NCBI GenBank assembly: GCA_020354945.1
Contig: CP070655.1
Coordinates: forward strand, 84,904-102,828
Direction: 5' to 3'
Origin: Candidatus Omnitrophota bacterium
GTDB taxonomy: Bacteria; Omnitrophota; Gorgyraeia; JABMRG01; JAFGKX01
DNA length: 17,925 nucleotides
Positions 1 through 8,449 of this stretch are shown here, piece by piece. Numbering within the stretch: the stretch's first letter is position 1; each line of letters begins with the position of its first letter. Below the pieces are notes generated by a model. The model made no database searches, was not told the origin of the DNA, and was given only the letters and a program-made list of their open reading frames with translations. The translations under genes were made by a program, and so were the position numbers.

Positions 1-50
1 ATAGTGTTATTGCAGCAGAGGTTATTAAGTACCTGGATAGTGAATATTAA
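1..50 (+). CDS. 3' end of an upstream gene (partial; ...SVIAAEVIKYLDSEY*)
   Basis: Frame 3 is open from the window edge to TAA at 48-50 and reads like a C-terminal helix. Too short to identify. Confidence 0.4.
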   Translation, partial: SVIAAEVIKYLDSEY

Positions 51-80
51 AATGATTTTGAAGATAACCGGTTGGGAGAG

Positions 81-1649
81 ATGTTCGACCTATCCAAGAA
101 AAGACATAGATTAAGAATTATTGTTCCGGCCTATCCGGCATTTAACACCTATTCCTTTATTGCCCAAAGAACTACGGCTTTGGGTCCAGTTTGTGTCGCA
201 AGTGCCGTAAATGAAATGGAAGGATGGGATGTTGAGATTATTGATGAAAACAACCTTCGTAGATCCGGGCCCGGAAAGGATTCAGGCGGAGCTGACCATG
301 AATTTTTACAAAACTTAAGGCCTGCAGATGTTGTTGGATTCTATGGCGGGTTAACAAGCACCATACCCAGGCTCTATAAAATAGCCAGTTTTTATAAAGA
401 TAAAGGTATTGTGACAATCGCCGGAGGCCAACATTTTGTTGAAGACAATATCGCTGAAGCATTAAATTCTTGCATTGACTATCTTGTTATTGGTGAGGGA
501 GAAGAAACCATTAAAGAGCTTTTAGAAGCTATCGAAGGCAAACGAGATTTGAGCAAGGTAGGAAGCATTGCTTATTTAAATAATGGGCAGGTTATCTGTA
601 CTCCAGAAAGGGAGCCGCTGATGGATTTTGACAAGTTGCCTTTACCCGATTTCTCCTTGGTACGCTATGCCAAGATTAAACTTTATCCTGTTGGGCGGAT
701 ACGGGGTTGCGGTATGGATTGCGAGTTCTGCACTGTTAAGGGTAAGTCAAGGCATGCTTCTCCTGAACGGTTGCTTGAGCAAATCAGCTTTCTTTTAGAG
801 ACAAAGGATGCCAGGCATTTCTTTATCGTTGATGACCTTTTTGGACAACAGCGAGATGAGACAATAAGATTCTGTAATATGCTTAAGCGTTATCAAAAAA
901 GTATAGGTAGAAGGTTGGATATAAGCGTTCAAATAAGATTGGATAAAGCGAAAGACCCAGAGCTGCTTTCTGCTATGCGTCAGGCAGGTATTAACACAAT
1001 AGCCATCGGATTTGAGTCACCTATTGAAGAAGAGTTAAAGGCTATGAAAAAACGTATCAGGCCCAAAGACATGGTATCTCTTGCAAGGGCATACCATAAA
1101 TTTGGTTTTTTGGTGCATGGTATGTTTATCTTTGGCTATCCTTTAAAAGAAGACACAAGTTTTAAAATATTGCCAAAGGAACGCATAAAGCATTTTAAGA
1201 ATTTTATCAGAAAGGCTAAGATCGATACTATACAAGTTTTGTTGCCTGTTCCTTTACCTGGAACAGAATTAAGGCACAGGCTCCAAAAACAAAAAAGGAT
1301 TTACTCAACTCAAGATGTGGGCTGGGAATATTATGACGGCAACTTTCCTCTCTTTGAACCAGATGAACCTATGACTGCTGAAGAGATGCAATCTTCTATA
1401 ATGAAAATTATGGGCAAATTTTACCAATTTAAGTATATGTTTATAGTGGGCTTACATACATTTTCATTTCCTGCTTTAATTTTCTCTTTGCATAATATTA
1501 AATCAGGATGGAAAAGGTGGTATCGGCCCTGGCGCAATCACCTACTTCGTTTTGGCGGTTGGATTATTATGAAAGCATGGATTTCAGCGTTTAAAAAGGG
1601 CACCTTTTCTCAAAAACTGCAAAAGGCAAAAGAGCATCTAAAGAAATGA
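81..1649 (+). CDS. B12-binding domain radical SAM protein
   Basis: CxxxCxxC motif (RGCGMDCEFC). N-terminal cobalamin-binding-type segment (IAGGQH...IGEGEE). Radical SAM core motifs (IVDDLF, IGFES, MFIFG, PLPGT). ATG at 81 follows GGGAGAG; the ORF track starts at TTG 72. Confidence 0.9.
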   Translation: MFDLSKKRHRLRIIVPAYPAFNTYSFIAQRTTALGPVCVASAVNEMEGWDVEIIDENNLRRSGPGKDSGGADHEFLQNLRPADVVGFYGGLTSTIPRLYKIASFYKDKGIVTIAGGQHFVEDNIAEALNSCIDYLVIGEGEETIKELLEAIEGKRDLSKVGSIAYLNNGQVICTPEREPLMDFDKLPLPDFSLVRYAKIKLYPVGRIRGCGMDCEFCTVKGKSRHASPERLLEQISFLLETKDARHFFIVDDLFGQQRDETIRFCNMLKRYQKSIGRRLDISVQIRLDKAKDPELLSAMRQAGINTIAIGFESPIEEELKAMKKRIRPKDMVSLARAYHKFGFLVHGMFIFGYPLKEDTSFKILPKERIKHFKNFIRKAKIDTIQVLLPVPLPGTELRHRLQKQKRIYSTQDVGWEYYDGNFPLFEPDEPMTAEEMQSSIMKIMGKFYQFKYMFIVGLHTFSFPALIFSLHNIKSGWKRWYRPWRNHLLRFGGWIIMKAWISAFKKGTFSQKLQKAKEHLKK

Positions 1650-1655
1650 CCAAAA

Positions 1656-1748
1656 ATGAGTATGACTAACTATAATAAAAAAATCTACATCCGGACTTTC
1701 GGATGGCCTTTTGTTTCGGCTTTACAATGTTCTCTTTTCGTTCTTTAA
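1656..1748 (+). pseudogene. Orphan 5' fragment of a MiaB-type methylthiotransferase gene (MSMTNYNKKIYIRTFG|WPFVSALQCSLFVL*); probable attL-like junction
   Basis: KKIYIRTFG matches the conserved UPF0004 N-terminus (YIxTFGCQMN). Similarity stops at the Cys codon (TGG here). The core sits in the dyad CATCCG-GACTTT-CGGATG (1688-1705). Confidence 0.7.
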
Positions 1749-1769
1749 AATTCAATGAACTAATACACC

Positions 1770-1792
1770 GCCCGCTGGGGCGGGCTACTTTG
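1770..1792 (+). terminator. GC-rich hairpin, possible weak intrinsic terminator
   Basis: GCCCGC-TGGG-GCGGGC followed by TACTTT, downstream of the radical SAM gene. The U-tract is poor. Confidence 0.3.
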
Positions 1793-1836
1793 ATTGGTGC
1801 ATGCACCGTTCGACCTCACTGCTTCGCTCGCTAGGC

Positions 1837-1992
1837 GGTTATGTAATGGTTCGATTAGGCTTCTTCGTGTTTGGCACATTTTGGGTGCATGCAAAATGCG
1901 CCAAACACTATGCGTCCTCAACCTCGCAAAAATCTTTTATTTTTTCGGCGGCCAATTTATCCCGAGCGTAACAGAGGAAAAAATTTTTAAAA
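1837..1992 (-). repeat. 156-bp non-coding element, copy A (inverted relative to copy B)
   Basis: Reverse complement aligns to 7894-8049; 1927-1992 is identical to 7894-7959 over 66 bp. Internal palindrome GTGTTTGGCACATTTTG...CAAAATGCGCCAAACAC (1867-1908). Confidence 0.95.
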
Positions 1993-2021
1993 GGTGTTTG
2001 ATTTTTGCTCGGTCGACTCCA

Positions 2022-2048
2022 CCACTTGACATCTTCGATGTCAAGTGG
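2022..2048. repeat. Perfect 12-bp inverted repeat (hairpin or operator-like site)
   Basis: CCACTTGACATC-TTC-GATGTCAAGTGG. Confidence 0.85.
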
Positions 2049-2103
2049 AAGCCCCATTTTTCATGGTAGCATGGGTGGGTAGCTTTTTTAGGGATATTGG
2101 ATA

Positions 2104-2112
2104 TGGTATAAT
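2104..2112 (+). promoter_or_regulatory. Extended -10 promoter (TGnTATAAT) upstream of the HTH pseudogene and polysaccharide operon
   Basis: TGGTATAAT at 2104-2112, RBS GGAG at 2140-2143 and ATG at 2152. Confidence 0.55.
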
Positions 2113-2151
2113 CTGATATAATATTGTGTTACCTAAAGCGGAGCTTATACG

Positions 2152-2320
2152 ATGTTACTCAAATGTTATTTAGCAGTAGAGCATGTAGCAAAACAACTTG
2201 GTTTGTCTGAATACAGAGCGCGAGAACCCATATGAGAAAAACAGATCATCGCCGTAAAAATAGGAAGGTGGCGCGTAAAACCAAAAGATTTGCAAGTGTT
2301 TATCAAGCCCAGATGGATAA
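2152..2320 (+). pseudogene. Excisionase-family (HTH_17/MerR-like) DNA-binding protein, pseudogene
   Basis: Translates MLLKCYLAVEHVAKQLGLSEYRAREPI*EKQIIAVKIGRWRVKPKDLQVFIKPR, with an in-frame TGA at 2233-2235. Colinear with the intact paralog at 11237-11410. The 3' end is approximate. Confidence 0.8.
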
Positions 2321-2323
2321 ACA

Positions 2324-2911
2324 ATGAGATTATTTTTGGCTATAACCGCATTGATAACAACAGCCGTGGCGACAACGCTTTTATATCAACATACGCAACA
2401 GGCTGATATAAATTATTACCAAGGGCACAGATATTTTGAAAAAGGTAACTATAAAGAAGCTATACCGTATTTTATTAAGGCATTATCAAGTAACCAAGAA
2501 CACAAAAGCACATTAATAGAATTGGCTTATTCTTACAAATGGACAGGCGAGCTTAAAAAGGCGATAGAAATTTTTCAAGAGATACTCCTCATCAATCCGC
2601 ATGATTATAAAATTAAGAGATCATTAGCTGAAACATATTCTTGGAGCAAGGAATACAAAAAAGCGATATCTTTGTATAGGGATGCTGTGATGGATAAGAA
2701 AGAAGATATCGATACCCAAAAGAAGTTAGCCGAAGTTTATATCTGGGATGGCCAGCATCAAAAGGCAATAGAACTATTAAAGCCTATTATAGACAAGCGT
2801 CCCTATGATTCACAAGCCAAGTTACTAATGGGCAATGCGCTGCATTATTCAGGAAAGTCAAAGGAGGCGTCTGAAATTTATAAAGAGCTATTAGGGCAGG
2901 AGGAGAAATAG
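2324..2911 (+). CDS. Tetratricopeptide repeat protein with N-terminal signal/anchor
   Basis: Hydrophobic N-terminus and about five TPR-like repeats (LAYSYKW, LAETYSW, LAEVYIW). Confidence 0.88.
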   Translation: MRLFLAITALITTAVATTLLYQHTQQADINYYQGHRYFEKGNYKEAIPYFIKALSSNQEHKSTLIELAYSYKWTGELKKAIEIFQEILLINPHDYKIKRSLAETYSWSKEYKKAISLYRDAVMDKKEDIDTQKKLAEVYIWDGQHQKAIELLKPIIDKRPYDSQAKLLMGNALHYSGKSKEASEIYKELLGQEEK

Positions 2912-2924
2912 GAATAGGGATCCC

Positions 2925-4736
2925 ATGAAGAAAATTCTGATATTTTTAATTACATTCCTTTTATCTGGCACTTGCGCCTTCAGTGAAGAGGGCATAAGAA
3001 AAGAGGAGCTGAGGAAACTGTTAGGAGAGACTTATATTATGGAGGGGGATTACGACAAGGCCATAGATCAATATATGGAAATCTTAAAAAAAGATCCTTC
3101 TAACTTAGAGGTCAGGGTTTTGTTAGCGGATGTTTTAAGCTGGCAGAAAAAATACGAAGAGTCTATAAAAGAATACAACAAAGTTTTAGAAAGCGAGCCT
3201 GGCAATATAGAGGTTAAGATAAAACTTGCACGCGTTTACTTGTGGAATAGAGATTACAAAAAGTCCCAGGAGATATATAAAGATATAATAAAAGAAGATC
3301 CCCATAATATGGAAGCCAAAGAGTTAATTGCCGATTCTTACGCCTATAGCAAGGAGTTTGACAAGGCTATAGCACTTTACAGGGAGCTTCTAAGCGCAAA
3401 ATATGACAGAGGCGTTAAAATAAAACTGGCAGATACTCTAAGCTGGAATAAGAAATATAATGAAGCCCTGAAGTTTTACGATGAACTCATAGATGAGAAG
3501 GCTGATTTGAGGTTAAAGTTGCAAAAGGCGCGCATTTTAGGCTGGGCAAGAAAGTACCGGGAATCGTTAAAGGAGTATCAAAGTATAGTAGATACGGAAG
3601 GCGATGAATTGGCGAAGAAGGAGATGCAGGCAAAAAGGGCTTATTGGAATAACAGGGTAAAACAGGCAATAATCTGCTATAGAGCCCTTATTGACGAATT
3701 TCCCAATAATTTAGAGGCCATGTTTGATTTAAGCCAGATATACTCCTATCAGTCGATGTGGAGTGAGGCAATGGAGGGATACAAAAACATACTAAACCGG
3801 TCACCTAATCACTTCAGGGCTAAAGAAGGCTTAAAAAAGGCAGAACATATATCAGAAAATATTGCTTTGAAATCAGGATATGAGTTTTTCGAAGCAGATA
3901 GCTCATCAAGGGACTCTGATATAAAAAAGAGTATTTTTTTCAACAATCTCAATATACCACTTGCCAGAAAAAGTGATTTAAAAATAAATTACAATTTAAC
4001 AGGTAGGCAGTTTTCAGATTTCAGCGACGTGATTGAGCATGAAGGCGGCATAGGGTTTGCATACAGACACAGCCCGGATTGGGCGGTTGACAGTTTTTAT
4101 AATTTTATAGAATACGATAAAGATATAGAAACAATGCATGAATTTGGAGGTATTTTTAAATTCAGGATTTTTGACGTGGGCGAGTCGCTCTTTTCTTTCG
4201 AAAGAAACCGCCTTGAGAATAATAGCGTGGTAATACGCAATAAGTACAGCTGCGATAATTACAAAATAAGAGCCGATTTTGATATAACCAAAAAACTTAA
4301 AATAGGAGCAGATTATTTGTATTCTGGCTATTCCGACGATAATTATAAAAATGAACCGGGCGGAGATATCCTATATTATTTGTCTCTGGAGCCAAAGGCG
4401 CTTTATGTTAAATATGAATACTTTTTCAGGGATTTCGATAAAAAAGTAAATGAGTACTTTTCGCCACACGATTTTTCAACTCACACGATAACAGTCAATT
4501 GGCGCCATTATCTTAATAAGGAAGAGGTGTATTTTGGAGCGGCAGACCTGTATTATGATTTGCGTTATGGCGTATCTTTGGATTCGGATGATATTGTCGG
4601 CCATAAATTTACAGCCGGCTTTACCTGGGATATAAATGAACGACTTCAGATAAAAACCGAAGGGCAGTATGTGCATTCAAGCGCAAGCGTCTATGAAGAT
4701 AAACGGGCATTAGTATCTGCAAAATATTACTTTTGA
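2925..4736 (+). CDS. TPR plus C-terminal outer-membrane beta-barrel protein (PgaA/BcsC-like architecture), probable polysaccharide exporter
   Basis: Signal peptide, then about 290 aa of TPRs (LADVLSW, LARVYLW, LADTLSW). The C-terminal half has alternating aromatic beta-strand patterns and ends in ...SAKYYF. Confidence 0.75.
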   Translation: MKKILIFLITFLLSGTCAFSEEGIRKEELRKLLGETYIMEGDYDKAIDQYMEILKKDPSNLEVRVLLADVLSWQKKYEESIKEYNKVLESEPGNIEVKIKLARVYLWNRDYKKSQEIYKDIIKEDPHNMEAKELIADSYAYSKEFDKAIALYRELLSAKYDRGVKIKLADTLSWNKKYNEALKFYDELIDEKADLRLKLQKARILGWARKYRESLKEYQSIVDTEGDELAKKEMQAKRAYWNNRVKQAIICYRALIDEFPNNLEAMFDLSQIYSYQSMWSEAMEGYKNILNRSPNHFRAKEGLKKAEHISENIALKSGYEFFEADSSSRDSDIKKSIFFNNLNIPLARKSDLKINYNLTGRQFSDFSDVIEHEGGIGFAYRHSPDWAVDSFYNFIEYDKDIETMHEFGGIFKFRIFDVGESLFSFERNRLENNSVVIRNKYSCDNYKIRADFDITKKLKIGADYLYSGYSDDNYKNEPGGDILYYLSLEPKALYVKYEYFFRDFDKKVNEYFSPHDFSTHTITVNWRHYLNKEEVYFGAADLYYDLRYGVSLDSDDIVGHKFTAGFTWDINERLQIKTEGQYVHSSASVYEDKRALVSAKYYF

Positions 4737-6262
4737 CGATGATAAAAAATAGAAGACCAGGGTTAACCTTTATTTTTTTACTGTTTACTATTATAGCAAT
4801 ATTGGTTTATGCTGTTATTAGATCAACCTTGCTTCTTTTTGCCGACTATAATCCAGTTGAAAAAATATGGGCAATATTACTTATATCTGGCGAGTTTTTT
4901 ATACTCCTGCATGCAATGGGGTATGTGCTTAATATAGCTAAAGCTAAATTTAAAAGCCAGGACATAATTGTCAAGCAAGGTGGTTTAAATCAAAAAAAAC
5001 CTTATGTAGCAATACTCGTTCCCGCAAGGCATGAGCCAAAAGAGGTACTTGAAAATACTTTTATATCTATAAACAATATTAATTATAACAACAAAAAGGT
5101 ATACCTTTTAGATGATAGTACCGATGAAAAGTATAAGCAAGAGGCAGAGGAGCTTAGCAAAGAATACAATTTAACGCTTTTTAGAAGAACCAGACCGGCA
5201 CACGGCGCAAAAGCCGGCATTATAAACGATTGCCTGGAAAATTTACAGGAAGATTATATAGCTGTTTTTGATGCGGATCAGAACCCACTCCCTGATTTTC
5301 TAACCATAACTATACCAATCCTTGAAGATGATGAAAAACTCGCCTTTATTCAGACGCCACAGTTTTATTCTAATATAGAAAGCAATCCCATAGCGCGAGG
5401 AGCCACATTTCAACAGGCAGTTTTTTATGAATATATATGCGAGGGTAAAAGCCTTAGCGATTCGATGTTTTGCTGTGGCACAAATGTAGTTTTAAGGAGA
5501 GAAGCTCTCATGCAGATAGGGGGGTTTGATGAATCTACAGTAACCGAAGATTTAGCCACTTCAATAAAATTGCATACACGTGGATGGAAATCACTTTATT
5601 ACCCTCATGTATATGCTTTTGGTATGGGGCCCGAAAATCTTACAGCATATTTTCAGCAGCAGTTCAGGTGGGCGGCCGGCACAATATCAGTTTTTAAAAA
5701 AATATTAAAACAGTTTTTGCTAAAGCCATTTTCGTTAAAAACCGTTCAGTGGTTTGAGTATTTTCTATCAAGCACGTATTACTTTACGGGCCTTGCGCTC
5801 TCGATACTTATGCTCTGCCCTCTTTTATATTTAATATTTAAGATTCCGTCATTTTTTGCAAGGCCTGAAATCTATCTTTTTTCGTTTCTTCCGTATATTA
5901 TTTTATCAATGAGCATTTTTTATCTGGTGTTGCGAAAAAGAAATTATACCCCAAAAGACCTTTTTATTGGGCAGCTGTTGGGCATAACCGCTTTTTCAGT
6001 ATACATGCGAGCAGCTATTAGCGCGCTTCTTGGCATGAGTCTTTCTTTTGGAGTTACTTCGAAATCGAAAGGCACGACTATCCCCTATTTTAGGCTATGG
6101 CCCCAAATTGGATTTATATTGCTGAATTTCATTGCTATAGTATGGGGTGTCAACAGATATATATATGAACTTAATCCTGCGATATTGGTAAATGGCTTCT
6201 GGGCTTTCTATCACATGAGCGTTTTGTCGGCAATATTTTATTTTAACAGGGAACTGCGATGA
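4733..6262 (+). CDS. Processive GT2 polysaccharide synthase, cellulose synthase (BcsA)-like, lacking a PilZ domain
   Basis: Motifs DDS, KAG, DAD, QTPQ, FCCGT, TED, QQFRW (QxxRW) and FGVTSK (FxVTxK), with multiple TM helices. Alternative start at ATG 4739. Confidence 0.9.
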   Translation: MTMIKNRRPGLTFIFLLFTIIAILVYAVIRSTLLLFADYNPVEKIWAILLISGEFFILLHAMGYVLNIAKAKFKSQDIIVKQGGLNQKKPYVAILVPARHEPKEVLENTFISINNINYNNKKVYLLDDSTDEKYKQEAEELSKEYNLTLFRRTRPAHGAKAGIINDCLENLQEDYIAVFDADQNPLPDFLTITIPILEDDEKLAFIQTPQFYSNIESNPIARGATFQQAVFYEYICEGKSLSDSMFCCGTNVVLRREALMQIGGFDESTVTEDLATSIKLHTRGWKSLYYPHVYAFGMGPENLTAYFQQQFRWAAGTISVFKKILKQFLLKPFSLKTVQWFEYFLSSTYYFTGLALSILMLCPLLYLIFKIPSFFARPEIYLFSFLPYIILSMSIFYLVLRKRNYTPKDLFIGQLLGITAFSVYMRAAISALLGMSLSFGVTSKSKGTTIPYFRLWPQIGFILLNFIAIVWGVNRYIYELNPAILVNGFWAFYHMSVLSAIFYFNRELR

Positions 6263-7191
6263 AGTTTTTTTTGTACGTTATTTTGATATTACTGTTAGTT
6301 TTCTCTGTTTCCTGCGAAAGGCTGCCTGGCCCAGGTTGCCTCATAGGCGCTTTTATAGCAGATAGCCCTACCAGTTATGATATAAACAGGTTTAAGTCCG
6401 ACTACGGTAAGAAGCCTTATCTTGTAATGGTATTTGTTGATTGGGAGAATTTTGTAGGCGATAATATAATAAATGATGTTTATGGGAACGGTTCCATCTT
6501 ATTTATCACTTGGGAGCCATGGTACGCTGTGGATAAAAAAGGAATATATTACGATGGTTTATTATCGGGAATGTACGATGACTATATAAAGTCTTTTGCT
6601 AATAAGGTTAATTCCATTGGTAGGCCCGTGTTCTTGAGGTTTGCCCACGAGATGAATGGGAACTGGTATCCTTGGTCTGGCTCCAAATTAGGAAGAAAAA
6701 AATACATAGCTATTACAAAATACGTAAGAGCTATATTTGACAAATCCGGCGTAAATAACGTCAAATGGGTATTTTCTATAAACTGGGAAAATATTCCGGA
6801 TGGTAACAATTACAAACTTTATTATCCCGGGAATGAGTGTGTTGACTATATAGGGATAGATGGTTATAACTGGGGCAGTACAAGATCCTGGAGCAAATGG
6901 GCGAGTTTTAAAAGTTTGTTTTCAACGGTCTACACTAATGCAAACTTACTTTACAATAAACCCATATTGATATCAGAGTTTGGTTCTACCGGTAAAGGCG
7001 GGGATAAGAAAGAGTGGATAAGAAAAGCCATGAATGGCATAAAAAATATGCGACAGATAAAGGGATTTATCATTTTCAATGTGGATAAGGAGGCGGATTG
7101 GCGGTTTCAGCCCGGCGAATCATGCGGCGAAGAACTTAAAAAACAATTAGAGGATCCTTATTTTATGGATAAACCAAGGGGCCGGTTGTGA
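6259..7191 (+). CDS. Glycoside hydrolase family 26 (beta-mannanase/lichenase family), probable lipoprotein
   Basis: ITWEPW, LRFAHEMNGNWYPW (acid/base Glu), GIDGYNWG, ISEFG (nucleophile). Lipobox-like FSVSC. ATGA overlap with the GT2 stop. Confidence 0.88.
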   Translation: MKFFLYVILILLLVFSVSCERLPGPGCLIGAFIADSPTSYDINRFKSDYGKKPYLVMVFVDWENFVGDNIINDVYGNGSILFITWEPWYAVDKKGIYYDGLLSGMYDDYIKSFANKVNSIGRPVFLRFAHEMNGNWYPWSGSKLGRKKYIAITKYVRAIFDKSGVNNVKWVFSINWENIPDGNNYKLYYPGNECVDYIGIDGYNWGSTRSWSKWASFKSLFSTVYTNANLLYNKPILISEFGSTGKGGDKKEWIRKAMNGIKNMRQIKGFIIFNVDKEADWRFQPGESCGEELKKQLEDPYFMDKPRGRL

Positions 7192-7427
7192 TAAAGAAGG
7201 AAGAATTGTTAAAGTTATTAAGTCGATGCCTTGATGCTGAGGAGAAAGGCATACCCATTTATTCAAGGCATTTAGGAAACACTCTATTTTTATCAGATTT
7301 TAAAAAGGAAGAGCAAAAGAAAGTCAGAGATACGCTTGAAACCCTAAAAACGGATTCCGAAACCCATAAAACAATTTTTGAAGATTTGATTAAAAGGATA
7401 AAGGGCTCCACGAAAGATGTTTACTAA
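7188..7427 (+). CDS. Small ferritin/rubrerythrin-like two-helix protein
   Basis: AEEKG..IY helix and L..L..DSETH helix. GTGA overlap with the upstream stop. Confidence 0.6.
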   Translation: MIKKEELLKLLSRCLDAEEKGIPIYSRHLGNTLFLSDFKKEEQKKVRDTLETLKTDSETHKTIFEDLIKRIKGSTKDVY

Positions 7428-7890
7428 AGAAGATTATAAAAATTATTTCATGCAGATAGGCAGATTGGAAGGAATGATGATATATGCAGTCCAAGATGCC
7501 GTGGCGAACATAGAGGATTCCGATCTTAAGAACACCTTATCGAAGATAGCAGATAACGAAGCAGAGCATTACTCATATATAAGAGATATCTTTGCAAAGC
7601 TATTGCTAAGAAGTGAGGATGATAGAAGGCGGCATATTAGAGAGTATTTTTTAGGAAAGGCCGTGGTTAAAGCTTCGAATGGCGAAAAAGAAATAAAGGC
7701 TTTGTGCGTTGATGTATCAGAAGGCGGAATATGCCTGGAATATAATGATTTTTTATCTATCGGCAAGAAAGTCAGTCTTGAAATTAGTTTATATGGCCAG
7801 AAGAATATCATACGCCGCAACGGTGTATTAATATGGTATAAAGAAATAGAGCCGGGCGCATATATTGGAAAAATAGAATTTAGGAAATAG
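7417..7890 (+). CDS. Ferritin-like half domain fused to a PilZ domain
   Basis: N-terminal LE...Y and IADNEAEH (ExxH) helices. C-terminal PilZ motifs RRRHIR (RxxxR) and DVSEGG (DxSxxG). Confidence 0.8.
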   Translation: MFTKEDYKNYFMQIGRLEGMMIYAVQDAVANIEDSDLKNTLSKIADNEAEHYSYIRDIFAKLLLRSEDDRRRHIREYFLGKAVVKASNGEKEIKALCVDVSEGGICLEYNDFLSIGKKVSLEISLYGQKNIIRRNGVLIWYKEIEPGAYIGKIEFRK

Positions 7891-7893
7891 AAG

Positions 7894-8049
7894 TTTTAAA
7901 AATTTTTTCCTCTGTTACGCTCGGGATAAATTGGCCGCCGAAAAAATAAAAGATTTTTGAGAGGGAGAGAACACAAAGTGCCTGGCGCATTTTGCTGCCG
8001 CCAAAATGCGCCAAACACGAAGAAACCGAATCGAAACTCTTGCATAACC
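7894..8049 (+). repeat. 156-bp non-coding element, copy B
   Basis: Starts 4 bp after the PilZ stop and is the inverted copy of 1837-1992. Internal palindrome at 7978-8018. Followed by hairpin GGCCGCC-GACCCA-GGCGGCC. Confidence 0.95.
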
Positions 8050-8076
8050 ACGAAGGCCGCCGACCCAGGCGGCCGT

Positions 8077-8157
8077 GAAGAATTCGGCGAATTACTAAAA
8101 AATAAACTCACAAGTGAAATCATAGTTGGAGAGTATTTGAAAGAGTACTTGCTGTAA
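8077..8157 (+). pseudogene. 3' gene remnant (EEFGELLKNKLTSEIIVGEYLKEYLL*), possibly from a beta-CASP MBL hydrolase
   Basis: Protein-like reading frame without a proper start, ending just before the RBS of the next gene. Family resemblance judged by eye only. Confidence 0.35.
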
Positions 8158-8174
8158 TTCAAAGGGAGGCTATT

Positions 8175-8372
8175 ATGAACTGGCATTGGGCTGTTATATT
8201 AGCATTGATGTTGTTCTTAGTGATTTTTACGGTACAGAACTACGAAGTGGTCAATATTCAGTTTCTTTTTTGGTCGTTCAGCACTAGCAGAGCTATTGTT
8301 ATATTCGCAACATTAGTTGTGGGTATTGCTATTGGCTGGATCAGTTCATACGTTTGGAATAAAAATCGGTAA
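8175..8372 (+). CDS. LapA-family (DUF1049) small membrane protein
   Basis: TM-QN..V...FLFW...S...TM pattern; RBS GGGAGG. Confidence 0.8.
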   Translation: MNWHWAVILALMLFLVIFTVQNYEVVNIQFLFWSFSTSRAIVIFATLVVGIAIGWISSYVWNKNR

Positions 8373-8449
8373 AATGCACCCTGCGTGTGACCGTAAGTGG
8401 ATCTAATAGTTTCTGTACGTTATCTATGAACAAGAACCAGGAGGTTTTT

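Noticed and set aside
1794-2069. 91-aa ORF
   Set aside because: It runs through the palindromic repeat A and hairpins, has no RBS and shows no protein-like features.
2233-2235. In-frame TGA (also 16021-16023) as selenocysteine or an alternative genetic code
   Set aside because: Several intact genes here end in TGA, no SECIS-like hairpin is evident, and both contexts show other decay.
4733-6262. Naming the GT2 as bcsA
   Set aside because: There is no PilZ fusion, bcsB or GH8 bcsZ, and the product cannot be inferred from motifs alone.
1837-8049. Classical IS-based composite transposon
   Set aside because: No transposase and no target-site duplication. Identity is highest at the inner ends rather than the outer ends.
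7896-8186. 96-aa minus-strand ORF and 66-aa plus-strand ORF (7957-8157)
   Set aside because: Both largely translate repeat B. Only the final roughly 26 codons of the plus-strand frame look like a gene remnant.
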